64,000 nt of DNA from the NCBI RefSeq assembly GCF_009914755.1, contig NC_060937.1. One strand, 5' to 3'. Shown one piece after another: positions 38,481-51,727 of the stretch. How positions within the stretch are numbered: the stretch's first letter is position 1; the number at the start of each line of letters is the position of its first letter. Origin of the DNA: the human T2T-CHM13v2.0 reference genome, Homo sapiens. The notes beneath the pieces are model-generated. The model was not told where the DNA came from, made no database searches, and saw only the letters and a program-made list of their open reading frames with translations. Both the position numbers and the translations under genes were made by a program.

Positions 38481-40746
38481 TTTTCTAGTTTCTAATCCAT
38501 ACATGGTGCATTATAGGCATTCAAAAAACATTTTAAATTAAAAAAATACTATTTATGTACTGAAATCATATTGTACCCCAGAAACATATGCTATTATTAT
38601 TTGTGCATTAAAAGTTAAACTTAAAAATAATATTCTCACAATTTTTAGAACATTTTTCTCAACTTTACCTATTATAAGAAAGTAGTATTTTTTCCATTTT
38701 CTCCACAGTGAGTCAACACTTTTCACAGTTTTGTACTAAAATGAATACCAAAATGCCATTAGTCAACTGTAGTGAATGTTGAAATAGTAGATCTCACCGT
38801 AGGAAGTATTCTAATGATATTCTACCAAATGTATTATTAAATACTTTAATTCCTAAAATTGCTATTTATGAGAGAAATGATTCATTCATTGATTAGAGAA
38901 AAATACCACAAATAATCAAGAAATAGAAAATATCTTAATAAACCTGAAACTTAGAATACTTATTCAAAATCAACAAATTATGTTCGTTGAGCTATGGTAA
39001 CATAGGGAGCATTGTAAAAATTGAATTTGTTTGAATTACACTGCTGTTGAAATTTTAGTATCTAGTGTTAATCTCCAGTTGGTAACTATAGCTATATCTG
39101 ATATTTTCAAGTTGTTTACAGCCTGGAACATAAAATAATGCCCTATAGACTAATTGCATCAGAAGAACATTTAAATGCTATAAGTTCTGCTAGTTCAAGT
39201 TTGACCTACATTTAGCCCAGCAAAACTAATCAGCCACAGAAACTTAATCAGTGAATCTAAACAGCAAAGAACTAGGCTATGCTTCTACACACTAGACTCT
39301 TTCACCAGAAATATGAAGTCATATTTTAAGTGAGTTATAATCAAAAACAATAAAATCTTTTAATAAAACTTAATCTAGTATTAGCCCATCCTCTAGAGTC
39401 TGACACCCATCAGATAAGAGTCAACCATATTAATACATTTTAAAAGACGTTACAAACTATTCTGTTTATATTACACATTTAATGTATACACTATCAACCT
39501 GAGATGTTTTGAGAAAAACAGTGTTATTATGGAAATAAAGTGGTATTTGTTTTGTTGCTTTTTCTTGAAATATATATCTCCTCAGCCACAATGCATTGCA
39601 TAAATCAAGTGAAGTAATTGAATTACAAAAGAATATTTTTGCTTCATTTCCCCTCAATTTCATTCAACTCTAGTCAAAAAAAAGTCTCTTGAAACTAAAT
39701 GATGAATTATTTGAGGGTATAGAGATAAATTAGTATTTAACAAGGTAGAAAACTACTAGGTTTTAGATAAAACAATGTCAGAGTTTCACTCTTTATGTTC
39801 ATAGAAAAATCATGTACATATAAGCATACTTAAATGCAAAGATTGGCCACATCATCATAAATTCAAGGTAAAAATATTTCTTCCATATTTATCATGAACA
39901 TGAAAGTGTATATGCAGCCACAGTACTTGTTATAACTCATAAGCCAATGGAGTCCTAGATAGTGAATGGGTCTAGTATAGAAAAGTACATAGTACAGTGA
40001 TATATGCAGCAATATCACAAACTTAACAGCTTCATGTTGTCTATTATTTAGTTCATTTTGCCTCCTAAACTTCAAAGGGCAGATGCTACATTACAAAAAT
40101 AAGATTTAAATATATAGTTTTACTAGTCACTGCACAGTTTGAAACATAGCTGGCACAATAATTTGCAGAGTATTTGCTGAAATCAGTGGTAACATCTATT
40201 GGCCCAGAAAATGTATAAACAGAGGGAAGCTGCTGAAAGTCTGTAAGTGTCAGAATTCAAGTGCACACAGTTTACCACGTTTCTGTGAATTGACACTTAA
40301 TAAAGTCCTCTTGTGTATATCAATATATGACAAAATATTTCCAGCAAATACTGCTTATTTAAATCATAAATCTTCTGACATATCTTGCCAAAAATGTCTA
40401 TTTACTATGGAGCCATTTCAACAAACACTACATCCCTAGAAACATATTAACCACATCATATATGATGAATAAGTTCAGGTCTCAATAGAATTATATTAGA
40501 GATTTTTTTCAATTTTCAATTACACAAGTTGTAGTTATTTATCTGCTTGCACATAATACTGAGTGACAAATATAGTCATTGATTCCAGGTAAATCCGATT
40601 ACCAAAATCTGTGATTTTCTTACTATGCTACAATATCTTATTTTAGCCTACTATCTTCAAACACAGTGATGAAAGAAGTTTTTGTGCAACTTGAAAAGCA
40701 TGAGGTTGCAGAGTATGAAAAAAAATTTTGAGTCATAGTGCCTGGA

Positions 40747-40787
40747 TATATTAGGATTTCTCAGAAAAACCAAATAAATACCAACAA

Positions 40788-40825
<38 letters not shown>

Positions 40826-41276
40826 AATTTATTATAGGAAATTAGCTCACTGGTTATGGAAGCTGAGAAGTCCCCTGATCTGCCATTTGCAAGCTAGAAA
40901 CCCAGGGAAGTCAGTGGTTCCAATCTGTGTCAAAGGTCTAAAAATCAAGAGAATAATGGTATACATTCTAGTTCAAGCCAAAAGGCATGAGAGTTAGTAG
41001 CATCTATGATGTAAATCCCATGTCCCAATAAGACCAATGTCCCAGCTGAGTCATCAGGGAGAAAGACAGAATTCATCGTTTGTTGGTCTTTGTGTTCTAT
41101 TCAGTCCCTCCGTGAATTGGATGATACCCACCCCACGGAGGAGGGTAATGCTCAACGAACTCAAATACTAATCTCTTCCAAAAACACCCTCACTGACACC
41201 CTCATAAATAATGTTTAACCAAATATCTGGGTATGTTGTAACTCATTAAAGTTAACACATAAAATTAACCATCACA
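40747..41276 (-). mobile_element. MLT2B-like ERVL LTR with internal (TG)n, inserted in a MIR
   Basis: 'ttatggaagctgagaagtcc...tctgccatttgcaagctagaaacccaggg...aacacataaaattaaccatcaca'. (TG)n at 40788-40822. Confidence 0.85.
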
Positions 41277-41450
41277 TTAGGTTAAAATCCTGCTTCTGCT
41301 TCTTTTTATTTGTGCAAGTTATAAATATGTAGATAGTGAATTAAAAAGAAATTTCTTAACTTGTTTGCACCTTACATTTTTCATACGTAAAATGGAAGTG
41401 ATAATGAAAATAACCTACCACAAAGTGTTGTTGTAAAGAATGGTTAATAT
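41277..41450 (+). mobile_element. MIR fragment (continuation of a MIR starting ~40700)
   Basis: 'ggttaaaatcctgcttctgc...tttcttaac...tttttcatacgtaaaatgg...ataacctacc'. Confidence 0.55.
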
Positions 41451-41470
41451 TTAAGTAATTAAAACTGCTT

Positions 41471-43746
41471 TATGAGAGACAGATTTAAGTATGGTAGTTT
41501 GAGTAGCTCTGTGGACATATTTCTCTGATAAACTGATAAAATTTATATATACTTTAAAAAAACTAAAGTCTCTGGAAATTTTCCTTAGTATATACAACAA
41601 ACAAAGAAGCATTTATTCAAGAATATTTACTGCAGTTTGATAAAGACAACAAGAGTCTGTGCTACTTGAACTGAGACCTCTCCTCCTTCCCCTCCCACTC
41701 AGTGAGACAGAAACTCCACTCCATACTGATGCAGATCCCTCTCCCCCAAGTAACAATAAAAAGACTATCTTTCCAGGAGAGACAGAATTTCAGAAGTTTT
41801 CATCCTGGCCATACCTACCTGTTGTTGAAGCTATATATACAAATAATAAGGAGTATTGTAGTTACAAATTAATTTTTATTTTTAAATTTATTTTTAAGAG
41901 ACAGAGTCTCTCTCTGTCACCTAGGTTGGAATGATCATAGCTCACTGAAGTCTTCAACTTGTGGGCTCAAGTGACATTGCTGCCTCAGCCTGCCAAGTGG
42001 CTGGGACTACAGGTGCACACAACCACACCTGGATATTTTATTTATTTTTTATTTTCTTTAGAGACAGGGTTTCGCTATATTGTCCAGGCTAGTCTTGAAC
42101 ACCTGGCTTCAAACGATCCTCCTCCCTCAGCCTCCCAAAGTGCTGGGATTACAGGTGTGGGCCACTGTGCCTGGACCAAAATAAATTAAATAATATAAAT
42201 GTAACAGAGAAAGTTATTTTTGTATTTTTTTAAAAAAAGCTAGTCCTTTGAGACACACAAAAAATTGACAAACTAGATTAACCAAGGAAAAAAGAGAGAA
42301 AACATAAATGACTGGAAAGAGAAATAAAAGACAGGCCATTACTCCTGACTTTGGAGAAATAAAAGTAATAATAAAGCAATAGTGTGAATAATTATATGTC
42401 TCAGCTTAAAAAGTATAGATAAACAAATTTCTAAAAAGATAGACATTATCAAAATTAAGAAAAAGTAGAAAATCTGAATATAAGTGTGACAAATAAAAAG
42501 GCTATATGATTAAACAAAAACAACACACAAAGAAAAGCTCAAGCCCAGATGGCTTCACTCCTGAATTCTACCATATGTTTACAGAAGAAATAATACCAAT
42601 TCTTCATAAACTCCTATACAAAATAAAAGAGACTAGTATCACACTGATCAACAGAGACATCATTAGAAATGTATAGTCAAATATATCTTATGAATATGGA
42701 TGCCAAAAAAATTAAATACCAGCAAATGGAATCCAGAAACATATACATAATTATATATCAAGATCAATTGTTTATCCCAGGAATGCAATTCAATATACAA
42801 AAATCAATTGTATTTGTATACACTTTCAATGAACAATCTAAAAACAAAACTAAGAGAAAAATTCCATTTACAGTAGCATCAAAAAAAGACAAATAACCCA
42901 ATTAAAAATGGGCAAAGGATCTTAACTGACAGTTTTCCAAAGAAGATATACAAATGACCATTGAGTACATGAAAATGCAACATCTGCATTTATCATTATA
43001 ATGTAAATCAAAGCTACAGTGAATTATCACTTCACATCCACTTAAATGGCTAGATTTACAAAGTCAGATGAAAACGAGTTCTGGCAAGATTACGGGGAAA
43101 TCACAACTTTGCCATGCTGTTGGTGGGAATATAAAATGGTGCAGGCCCTTTGGTGAACAGTTTGGCAGTTTCTGAAACAATTATGCATAGAGTTACCATA
43201 TGACTCAGTAATTCCACTCCTAGGTATATGCCCAATGGAAATGAAAACATATGCCCACACAAAGGGTGTACATGAGTATTTATAGTAGCATTATTTATAA
43301 TAGCCAAAATGTGGAAACAATCCCAATGTTCAGTAATAAATAAAGAAAATAAACAAAATATAGTATATCCAAACGATGTAATATCATTTGGTCATAAAAA
43401 GGAATAAAGTACAGAGACACATTACATGCCTTTGATGCTTACAAACTTATGCTAAGTAATAGACATTGGTCACAGAAAACACACATTATATAAAATATTC
43501 AGAATAGACAAATCTGTAGTGATGGAAACTAAATTAGTAGTTCCTTAGGATGGAGGGGAAAGAATGGGGGGATATGGGGGTGATAGCAAAAGGGTATGGG
43601 TTTTGTTTATATGATTAAAATGTTCTAATATTGACTGGGATGATGGATTTACATATGCACAAATATGCTAAAGACCATTTAATTGCATATTTTATTATAT
43701 GAATTTTATGATATGTGAATACCATATCAATAACTATTTAAAAAAA
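41471..43746 (+). mobile_element. L1MB-like element retaining 5' end, ORF2 pieces and 3' end, internally collapsed; contains an AluJ
   Basis: L1M 5' UTR motif 'aagtctctggaaatt...gaagcatttattcaagaa'. ORF2 pieces 'cccagatggcttcactcctgaattctacc' and 'aaatgggcaaaggatct'. L1MB 3' UTR. TSD taaaactgctt at 41460-41470 and 43747-43757. Confidence 0.75.
41872..42176 (-). mobile_element. AluJ
   Basis: J-type 'tgatcatagctcactgaag...tgggctcaagtga', 'ttcaaacgatcctcctccctcagcctcccaaagtgctgggattacagg'. Confidence 0.9.
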
Positions 43747-45769
43747 TAAAACTGCTTGACTGCCAGCAAAACATCTACAAGCATTAGCTTTTGTTATTAT
43801 CTGTTCCTTCTGAGATGTAGCACTTGACACCAACCATTAAATCCTATATCCAAGTCTTCTTTGAATTAAAACCATATGCCGAGAGTTTTCCCTCTTTGGG
43901 ATTTTGCCTGTTTAGTAGAGTCTATTAAAAAAAATTCAGTACAGCATATAACAAAAAAGTAAGTGTAGCTTTTCTCTGCCACGTGGAAAGGCAATTCAAG
44001 GTATCTAGGTTGCAGTTTTTGAATAAAACAATGCAATATGTACAGACCTGGCTTTTGAATTATGTAATACATACGCTAAATGTTTCAGTTTCGTCAGGTG
44101 GAAAATAATTTCCAGAAACTATGATCCATAAAACCATTATGGGTTTTATGTTTGTCTAAAAAGGCAGATTTCATCTGGGAAGTGAAGTGCAAGTACACAT
44201 ACTAAAAGTTTACCTTGTATAATAGGACACGGACTTGCTTATCTCTACCAGCTCTTCCACTTATAGACTATTACTCCTAGAGAGGAAGTGGTGCTAAGTA
44301 AAAATACAGCCGTTATTTGGATTTATTCATAAAAACTGAGTGGGCAAGTTGACAATCAATGTGCTCACAGATAGTTGAAATAATCTTTTTTTTCTCCCTT
44401 AGAGCAAAATAGACACTTCTTGAAACTACACAAAGATTTTCAAGCCATTTGACTTAAAAGCTACAACCTAAGAAGTCGTAGCTGATCTATTTGGAAACAA
44501 ATCACAGTAATTTCAGTATTTACGTGGAAATTGCTGGATTACTGCATATGAGCATTTTTAACATGACTGTATTTATGTATAGCTATGAGAAAAGGGAATA
44601 AAAAATAGAGGAAACAGAAAGCAAGGTGGTTATTACACAACCCCGGTTGTCCAACAATCACCATTCAAGTGTTTGCGAGAATGGCTATCATTGGGCTGGC
44701 TACAATTTGTTACCATTTTCCTTGTCTTCCTTTTCATTTACTCTTTTATTTTCTCATCGATATACTCAAAATTTAGATTCTTTAAAAAACACTACTTCAT
44801 TCTCCTGCCAATATTTTTTGTTATATTCATTTACATTTTTGATGAGTTGCTCTGAATAAATGCTTGCTCCTTATTCTGTGTTTAGATTTCTGTTCTATTC
44901 CCATTGCCTTTCCTTCCCATGCTTCTGTTGTAGACAAGCTGACAGTAACTCTGCAGTCTTTACAACACAAACTTGAAATTCCCATAAATTGTATCTCTAC
45001 CTCTGATTTTCTACTCTCACCAAATTACATTTTCTCACATACTCAAGATTATACTCTCCTACTCATATATAATAATTGTCCCGACCTTTTCAAGTTTGTT
45101 GTGTCTCTACACGCCTTTATTTTTATTTTCAATGGTTTTATTATTTTTCTCTTTTTTAACTACATTTAAATGTTAACTTTTGTTGTCTTTCAATATGTGC
45201 AGATTAGTATTCCATAACAACTACCTGGATAAATTCTAATTGTTCTTCTGTAATACAGGTAGTTTTGAGTTTTGATGAACAAACTTATAAAATTGAATTG
45301 ATTTAAATGTAAATTTCACACAGCTGTTTTATCAATATGAATCCTGGTAAATTTTTTTAAAAACTTTTTCACCCAATTACGCACACAACAGAATATCAAG
45401 ACTGTCATTCAATCCTTAACTGTTACACTGATTAACTGATCCTCTTTACACCTACAAAAGTTTATTTGTATTAAATAAAACACAAATATCACTGAAGGGA
45501 GAATTACTTTACATTAAATTGAGAAATGATTGTTTAGTATGGGAATAAGACATTGTAATTCAGGTCTTTGTATTTTCTCTTTATTAATGTGTTAAAATAA
45601 TCAACTGAGTATAATCAGGAACTCCAGAAAGAGTAAAAGTATCCAGATTCTAAACATGGAATTTATTTTTCTGTTAGGGAATCTTATTCAGTAAGAAAAT
45701 ATATTTAAGTATAAAATTAAAAGAATATACATTTTGGAGCTTTGAGAAAAAAAAGAATTTCAATTTGTG

Positions 45770-46760
45770 GTGACCAACCCAGTAGCAATGAGCATCTTTC
45801 AGTATCCAGTCCAGATCTGATAGAAAATAAGCATGGTATCAAACTTATCACACTCTGATGTCATGTCAAAAGGATTTAAAAGTCAAATTTAAGTGAGGTC
45901 TGCTAGCAAAAGAAGTAATTTGAGCTTCAGGAAGAACTACAATGGATTGAAACTCACTCAACAAAAAATGTTAAAATTTATAATTTTGTAATAATATTAA
46001 GAGAATAACAAAACCAATTGGTCACTTTCTGAGATAATATGGAACAAATCAACTATCTGGAAAATTTAAAAAATAAAAAAAAATCAAATATTTTTTCCTT
46101 TCCTATTTCAACTTTATCACTGGGTAATGAAATAATAGAAGAAAATAATTATCTTATAATAATATTCAAGCTAAAAAAGAAAAGAAACCAATAAATTGAT
46201 GAATAAAGGACTTACGTTTGAGCATCAGTGACTGCTAACACTATAAAAAAGAAAGGAAACCATACGTTACATATCACCAGATAAAAGACTAAAACATGAC
46301 CAATGGTCTTGTTAAATAAATACAATTATATCAATCACAACTCTAAAGCCAGCTTCCAATTTTCATTAAAGATAGAAAACAAAGAAGCATGAAAAATTCT
46401 ACACTGAGGCCAGGTGTGGTGGCTCACATCTGTAATCCCAGCACTTTGGGAGGCTGAGGTAGGCGGATCACTCGAGGTCAGGAGTTTGAGACCAGTTTCT
46501 ATTAAAAACACAAAATTAACCTGTAATCCCCCAGCTGCTCAGGAGGCTGTGACAGGAGAATCGCTTGAACCCAGGAGGTAGAGGTTGCAGTGAGGCAAGA
46601 TCACGCCTGTGCACTCCAGCCTGGATGACAGAGTGAGACTTCATGTCAAAAAAAAAAAAAAAAAAAAAAAAGAATTCTACATTGAGTAATCTGCAAACTC
46701 CAGACTGTGGAACATTCTAAAAATCAAATAACCTGGATGTTTCAATAACTATATTATCCC
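45770..46760 (+). mobile_element. L1MC-type 3' UTR fragment, split by an Alu
   Basis: 'ccagtagcaatgagca', 'atgtcaaaagga', 'aatttgagc...caatggattgaaac', 'gcaaactccagactgtggaacattcta'. Confidence 0.65.
46408..46670 (+). mobile_element. AluS (Sz/Sx-like) with two internal deletions
   Basis: 'gagaccagt|ttctattaaaaacacaaaattaa|cctgtaatcc' and a long A tail. TSD aaaattctacactga (46393-46407) / agaattctacattga (46671-46685). Confidence 0.9.
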
Positions 46761-46845
46761 CTGCAGAAATTAATTTTGTGACGGCTTTTGCTTTATGTTC
46801 CAAAAGGGGCTGCTGATCTTTAAAGCCCAATAATTCCCCTAGTAT

Positions 46846-48030
<1,185 letters not shown>

Positions 48031-48242
48031 TTAGCAAAAGGGGTTCCAGCAATATCCTTCATGAAGACAGCCAGGACAGTACCTGGTGCAAGACTCCCCC
48101 TTAGCCACATCCTTATTCCCTCCTCAATCTCGGGGTGGGTGTCTTTTGATTCCAGAGCTCATTGTTGAAATCACTTATGTGCTGTTACTAGAGGTATACA
48201 GATGGTCGAAGTATAACCACAGGTGATTTGTAAGGCATAGTA

Positions 48243-48530
48243 CAGTTGACCCTTGAACAGTATGAGTTGTGCAGGTCTACTTATATGCAGATTTTTTTTC
48301 AATAAATACAGGTAGGTCTCCATGTCTGTATTCTGCATCAGCAACAAAAGGCAGATCAAAAATACAATACGATAGGATGTAAAACTTACAGATAAGAGGG
48401 CCTACTTTTCCCATATGTGAGTTCAACACGGCCAGTTGTGGGACATAAGTATGCCCAGATTTTTGTATATGAGGAGGAAGGGGGAGTAGGGATCAGGAAC
48501 AAATCCTCCCTCCATGAATACTGAGGACCT
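48243..48530. mobile_element. MER2B-like Tigger MITE
   Basis: TA plus 'cagttgacccttgaaca...cttatatgcagattttttttcaataaatacag...ggaacaaatcc...aatactgagg'. Confidence 0.75.
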
Positions 48531-50769
48531 AATTTAGTAAGTGTCTCTAAAAGATGGCAAAATTTGCATTCAGTTGCACTAGGCCAACATTCTGGAAATT
48601 ATTTTTGCTTTTCTTTTCTGTCTTGAAGAAAATGCTTACATCCATATCTATAAGACAAAAAGAAGAGTGGTATTTTTCACAATGTCTGTTATTTATGACT
48701 TTATGCAAAATTATTTTTTTTCTGGAAATCTCTCTATTTACTGACACTTCTATTCTTGCTTCCAATTCCACGCTTGTGGAATGGCATACAATTGACTGAA
48801 TGACACGCATTAGATCTCCTTGAATTGGTTCCTGCACCCCTGCTCTCCCAGAAATCTAGAGTTGTGTGTTGCAGGTCTTACAGTCTAGTTTGTCCACCAA
48901 CCAGACTGAAACCAGGAATTGAAACAAGCTCTCAAATTGGATGACTGGGAGTTCCTCTGCTTACTCTTTGGCTAAAAGTCTGTCTGTCTTGTGTCCCCTT
49001 CTGTCTAATGAGTGGAAAATTTTATAGAGGTTGCTGACTTCAGACAGCACCAACTAAAACCAAGTTAAGGCTGCAGGAGGCAGCATGGTTGTGTGGTGAC
49101 ATGGGTTAGGGCGTATGTATGATTACTTTTCAAGTTGTGCTATTGTTTAGGAAAATATCCTGATGAGTAGTAGTGCTTCAAATAATAATAACAAAATGTT
49201 TCACAACATAAGACAAAAGACAGGTCTTATTAAATACTCAGGCAAGATAGTCAAATTTTGGAGATGGTGATTCTCTGTGGTTTATGGTTCATATTATTGG
49301 GGACTGAGCCCCAAGTAAAAATTTAACTCTATTACATAGTTTAAATTACAGAAAAATTCAGCATAATAGAATTAGAGTGAGAGGATATATCTCACTATTC
49401 CATATGTGTTGTTTATTAAAGCACTAGTCTAGAGAGATTGTAGGTCAAGATAAAGTTTAATATTTTTGGAGACAGAATGTCATTGTAAACATTTTACTTA
49501 GACTTTGTGTATTTCTATGAGAGTCTTATTTTTCTTTTCAATGAAAGGAATAATCCTGCAGTTGGAACTCTTCTGAAATCTAAAGCAGGCAAAGAGCACT
49601 TCACAAGCCAGAAGTACTGCTCATTTCATGTGCATTTCATTCTGACATTAATTAAGACTCATTCATATAATTTTCATTCAAACAAAAAAAAGCCATGTTT
49701 TAGTCAGTGCTCTCTGCTCTCTAATTCATGCAAAAATAGTTTCAATATTTTAAACTTTGCATACATTTCACCCCTTTGATGGTGGATCTGTTCCATTTAG
49801 ATTACTCTATAGTGCACACAAATAAAAGATTTATATGGCCAATTAATCTTCAAAAGTTTTTAAAAGGAGCCAGGCATAGACACAAAAGTGGTATAATTGA
49901 AAGTTAACTGTTGTAAATCTTCCTTTTTATCTTCTTTCTTAAAGAAGAGAAAGGCTTCAAAAAATTAGTCACACACACACAAACCACAGAGAGCCATCTG
50001 CCTTAGTTTATCAACTTCAGCCACTGATTAAATGTACATATAGGAACAATTGTCTGCATCTCAACAAAATTCACCAGTCAGTTGCAGCAGTTTCACGGTG
50101 GGAAGGTTAGGGAGACATGAATAAGTTTCTTGAGACGTTTCTTGAACCAATAGCTAATTTTCATTTCAGAAATAATTTTCTTTTTAAAATTTAGCCCTTT
50201 TTAGGTGATTTGAGTTCACAGGAGTGTGCAAACAACACAAACATTAAGAGTTTTAGAAAATAGGTTATACACAGTGGTTGGATATGTAATATGAGCACTT
50301 TGTCATCTTTGCATTAGGTAGAGATCACAGCCACATATCTTACTAAATTATGTTCTTATGATATGGGGTCGTAGGGAAGGTTATCTAAAATATCAGGAGA
50401 TATTAGAATTCTTAAGATGAACAAACTGAGAGGATAAACACAAAGATACAACCAGTGTTGCTGCCACTTGAAAAAAGCCCACATGGTCAGATAATATAAT
50501 AAAAACCAGCCTGTCAACATTGCTCATAAAAAACCAAAAATCAAAATGATGCACATTTACAAAATAAAAACAGACTTGGCTGGGAAACAAAACAGCTTCA
50601 GAAACAATCAACAAGAATAAATGATCTTCATTGCTTGGCTAGATATACTACAGGAGCCAAGAAAAGTGGATCTAGGTGTGAGACATAAAAATTGCATTTT
50701 AGAAGCAACACAATTTGTTTTGTTTTATTGGGTAGATCTGCCAGGAAATTTTAATATTACCTCTATCAA

Positions 50770-51290
50770 TGAAGGAAAAATCTAGACAGAAAAATGTATT
50801 TTTATTTGCAAAGTTTTGCAGGAATGTTCAAAATACTATGAAAACAAAAAAAAAATCTTAAAACTTTAAAAGGAATGAAAAACACTGTAATGAATGAACA
50901 TATAAATATTTTCATATTTATAATTATTTCAAGGGCAGTTGATTGATAGAGCAAAAATAATAGCAGTGCAATGTAGGATTTATAACTTTTAGAAGTAAAA
51001 CATATGACAGCAATTATACAAAGCATGCGTAGGAGTGAAAGGAATTACACTATGGTAAGCTTCCTACAAATTTGAAAAGTGATATACTATTTAGTAAAGG
51101 ATTACTATGAGAAGTTCAGGATACATATTATAATATCCAGATCCACCAAAATTTCTAATTTAAAAATTCGTTAGAAGATATTATAGAGAATTCCAAAAAT
51201 ATTCAATTAATCTCAAAGACAATGGGAAAAGAGGAAGAACAAAAACAAAACCATAAGAATAAAATAGAAAACAAATGCAACATGGTAGAC
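50770..51290 (+). mobile_element. Old L1M ORF1-ORF2 junction fragment
   Basis: 'ggatttataacttttagaagtaaaacatatgacagcaat...gagaagttcaggatacatattataat...aatgcaacatggtagac'. Confidence 0.55.
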
Positions 51291-51561
51291 ATAGGTTTTA
51301 AGGTTATCCCTGAATGCAAAGCATATTTTTTTCTCTTACTGAGGTATGTGATGTGTTTAGCCATAGTGGTTGCAGGAAAGTTCCAGTTTTGTTTTTTAAA
51401 TGAGAAGAATGTATGAATCATTGCCTATCTGAAAAGCCAAAATAATTCTTTATCTCTTTCTCACACGTCATGTTTTATCTCTCATAATAGATTTATATTT
51501 TAGTTAAATGTAAACTTGAGAATCCAAAATAATTTTCTCTTGGAAATGAAAAGACAATACT

Positions 51562-51727
51562 TGCCAGGCACAGTGGCTTATACCTGTAATCTCAGCTATT
51601 CAGGAGGTTGAGGCAAGAGGATCACTTGAGCCCAGGAATTTCAGGCTGCAGTGAGCCATAGTTATGCCACTGCACTCCAACCTGGACAGCAGGGTGAGAC
51701 CCCATCTTTACAAATAAATAAATAAAT
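51562..51727 (+). mobile_element. Alu monomer (FRAM or AluJ right arm)
   Basis: A single right-arm-like monomer 'gaggatcacttgagcccaggaatttcaggctgcagtgagcc' with a (TAAA)n tail. Confidence 0.85.
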
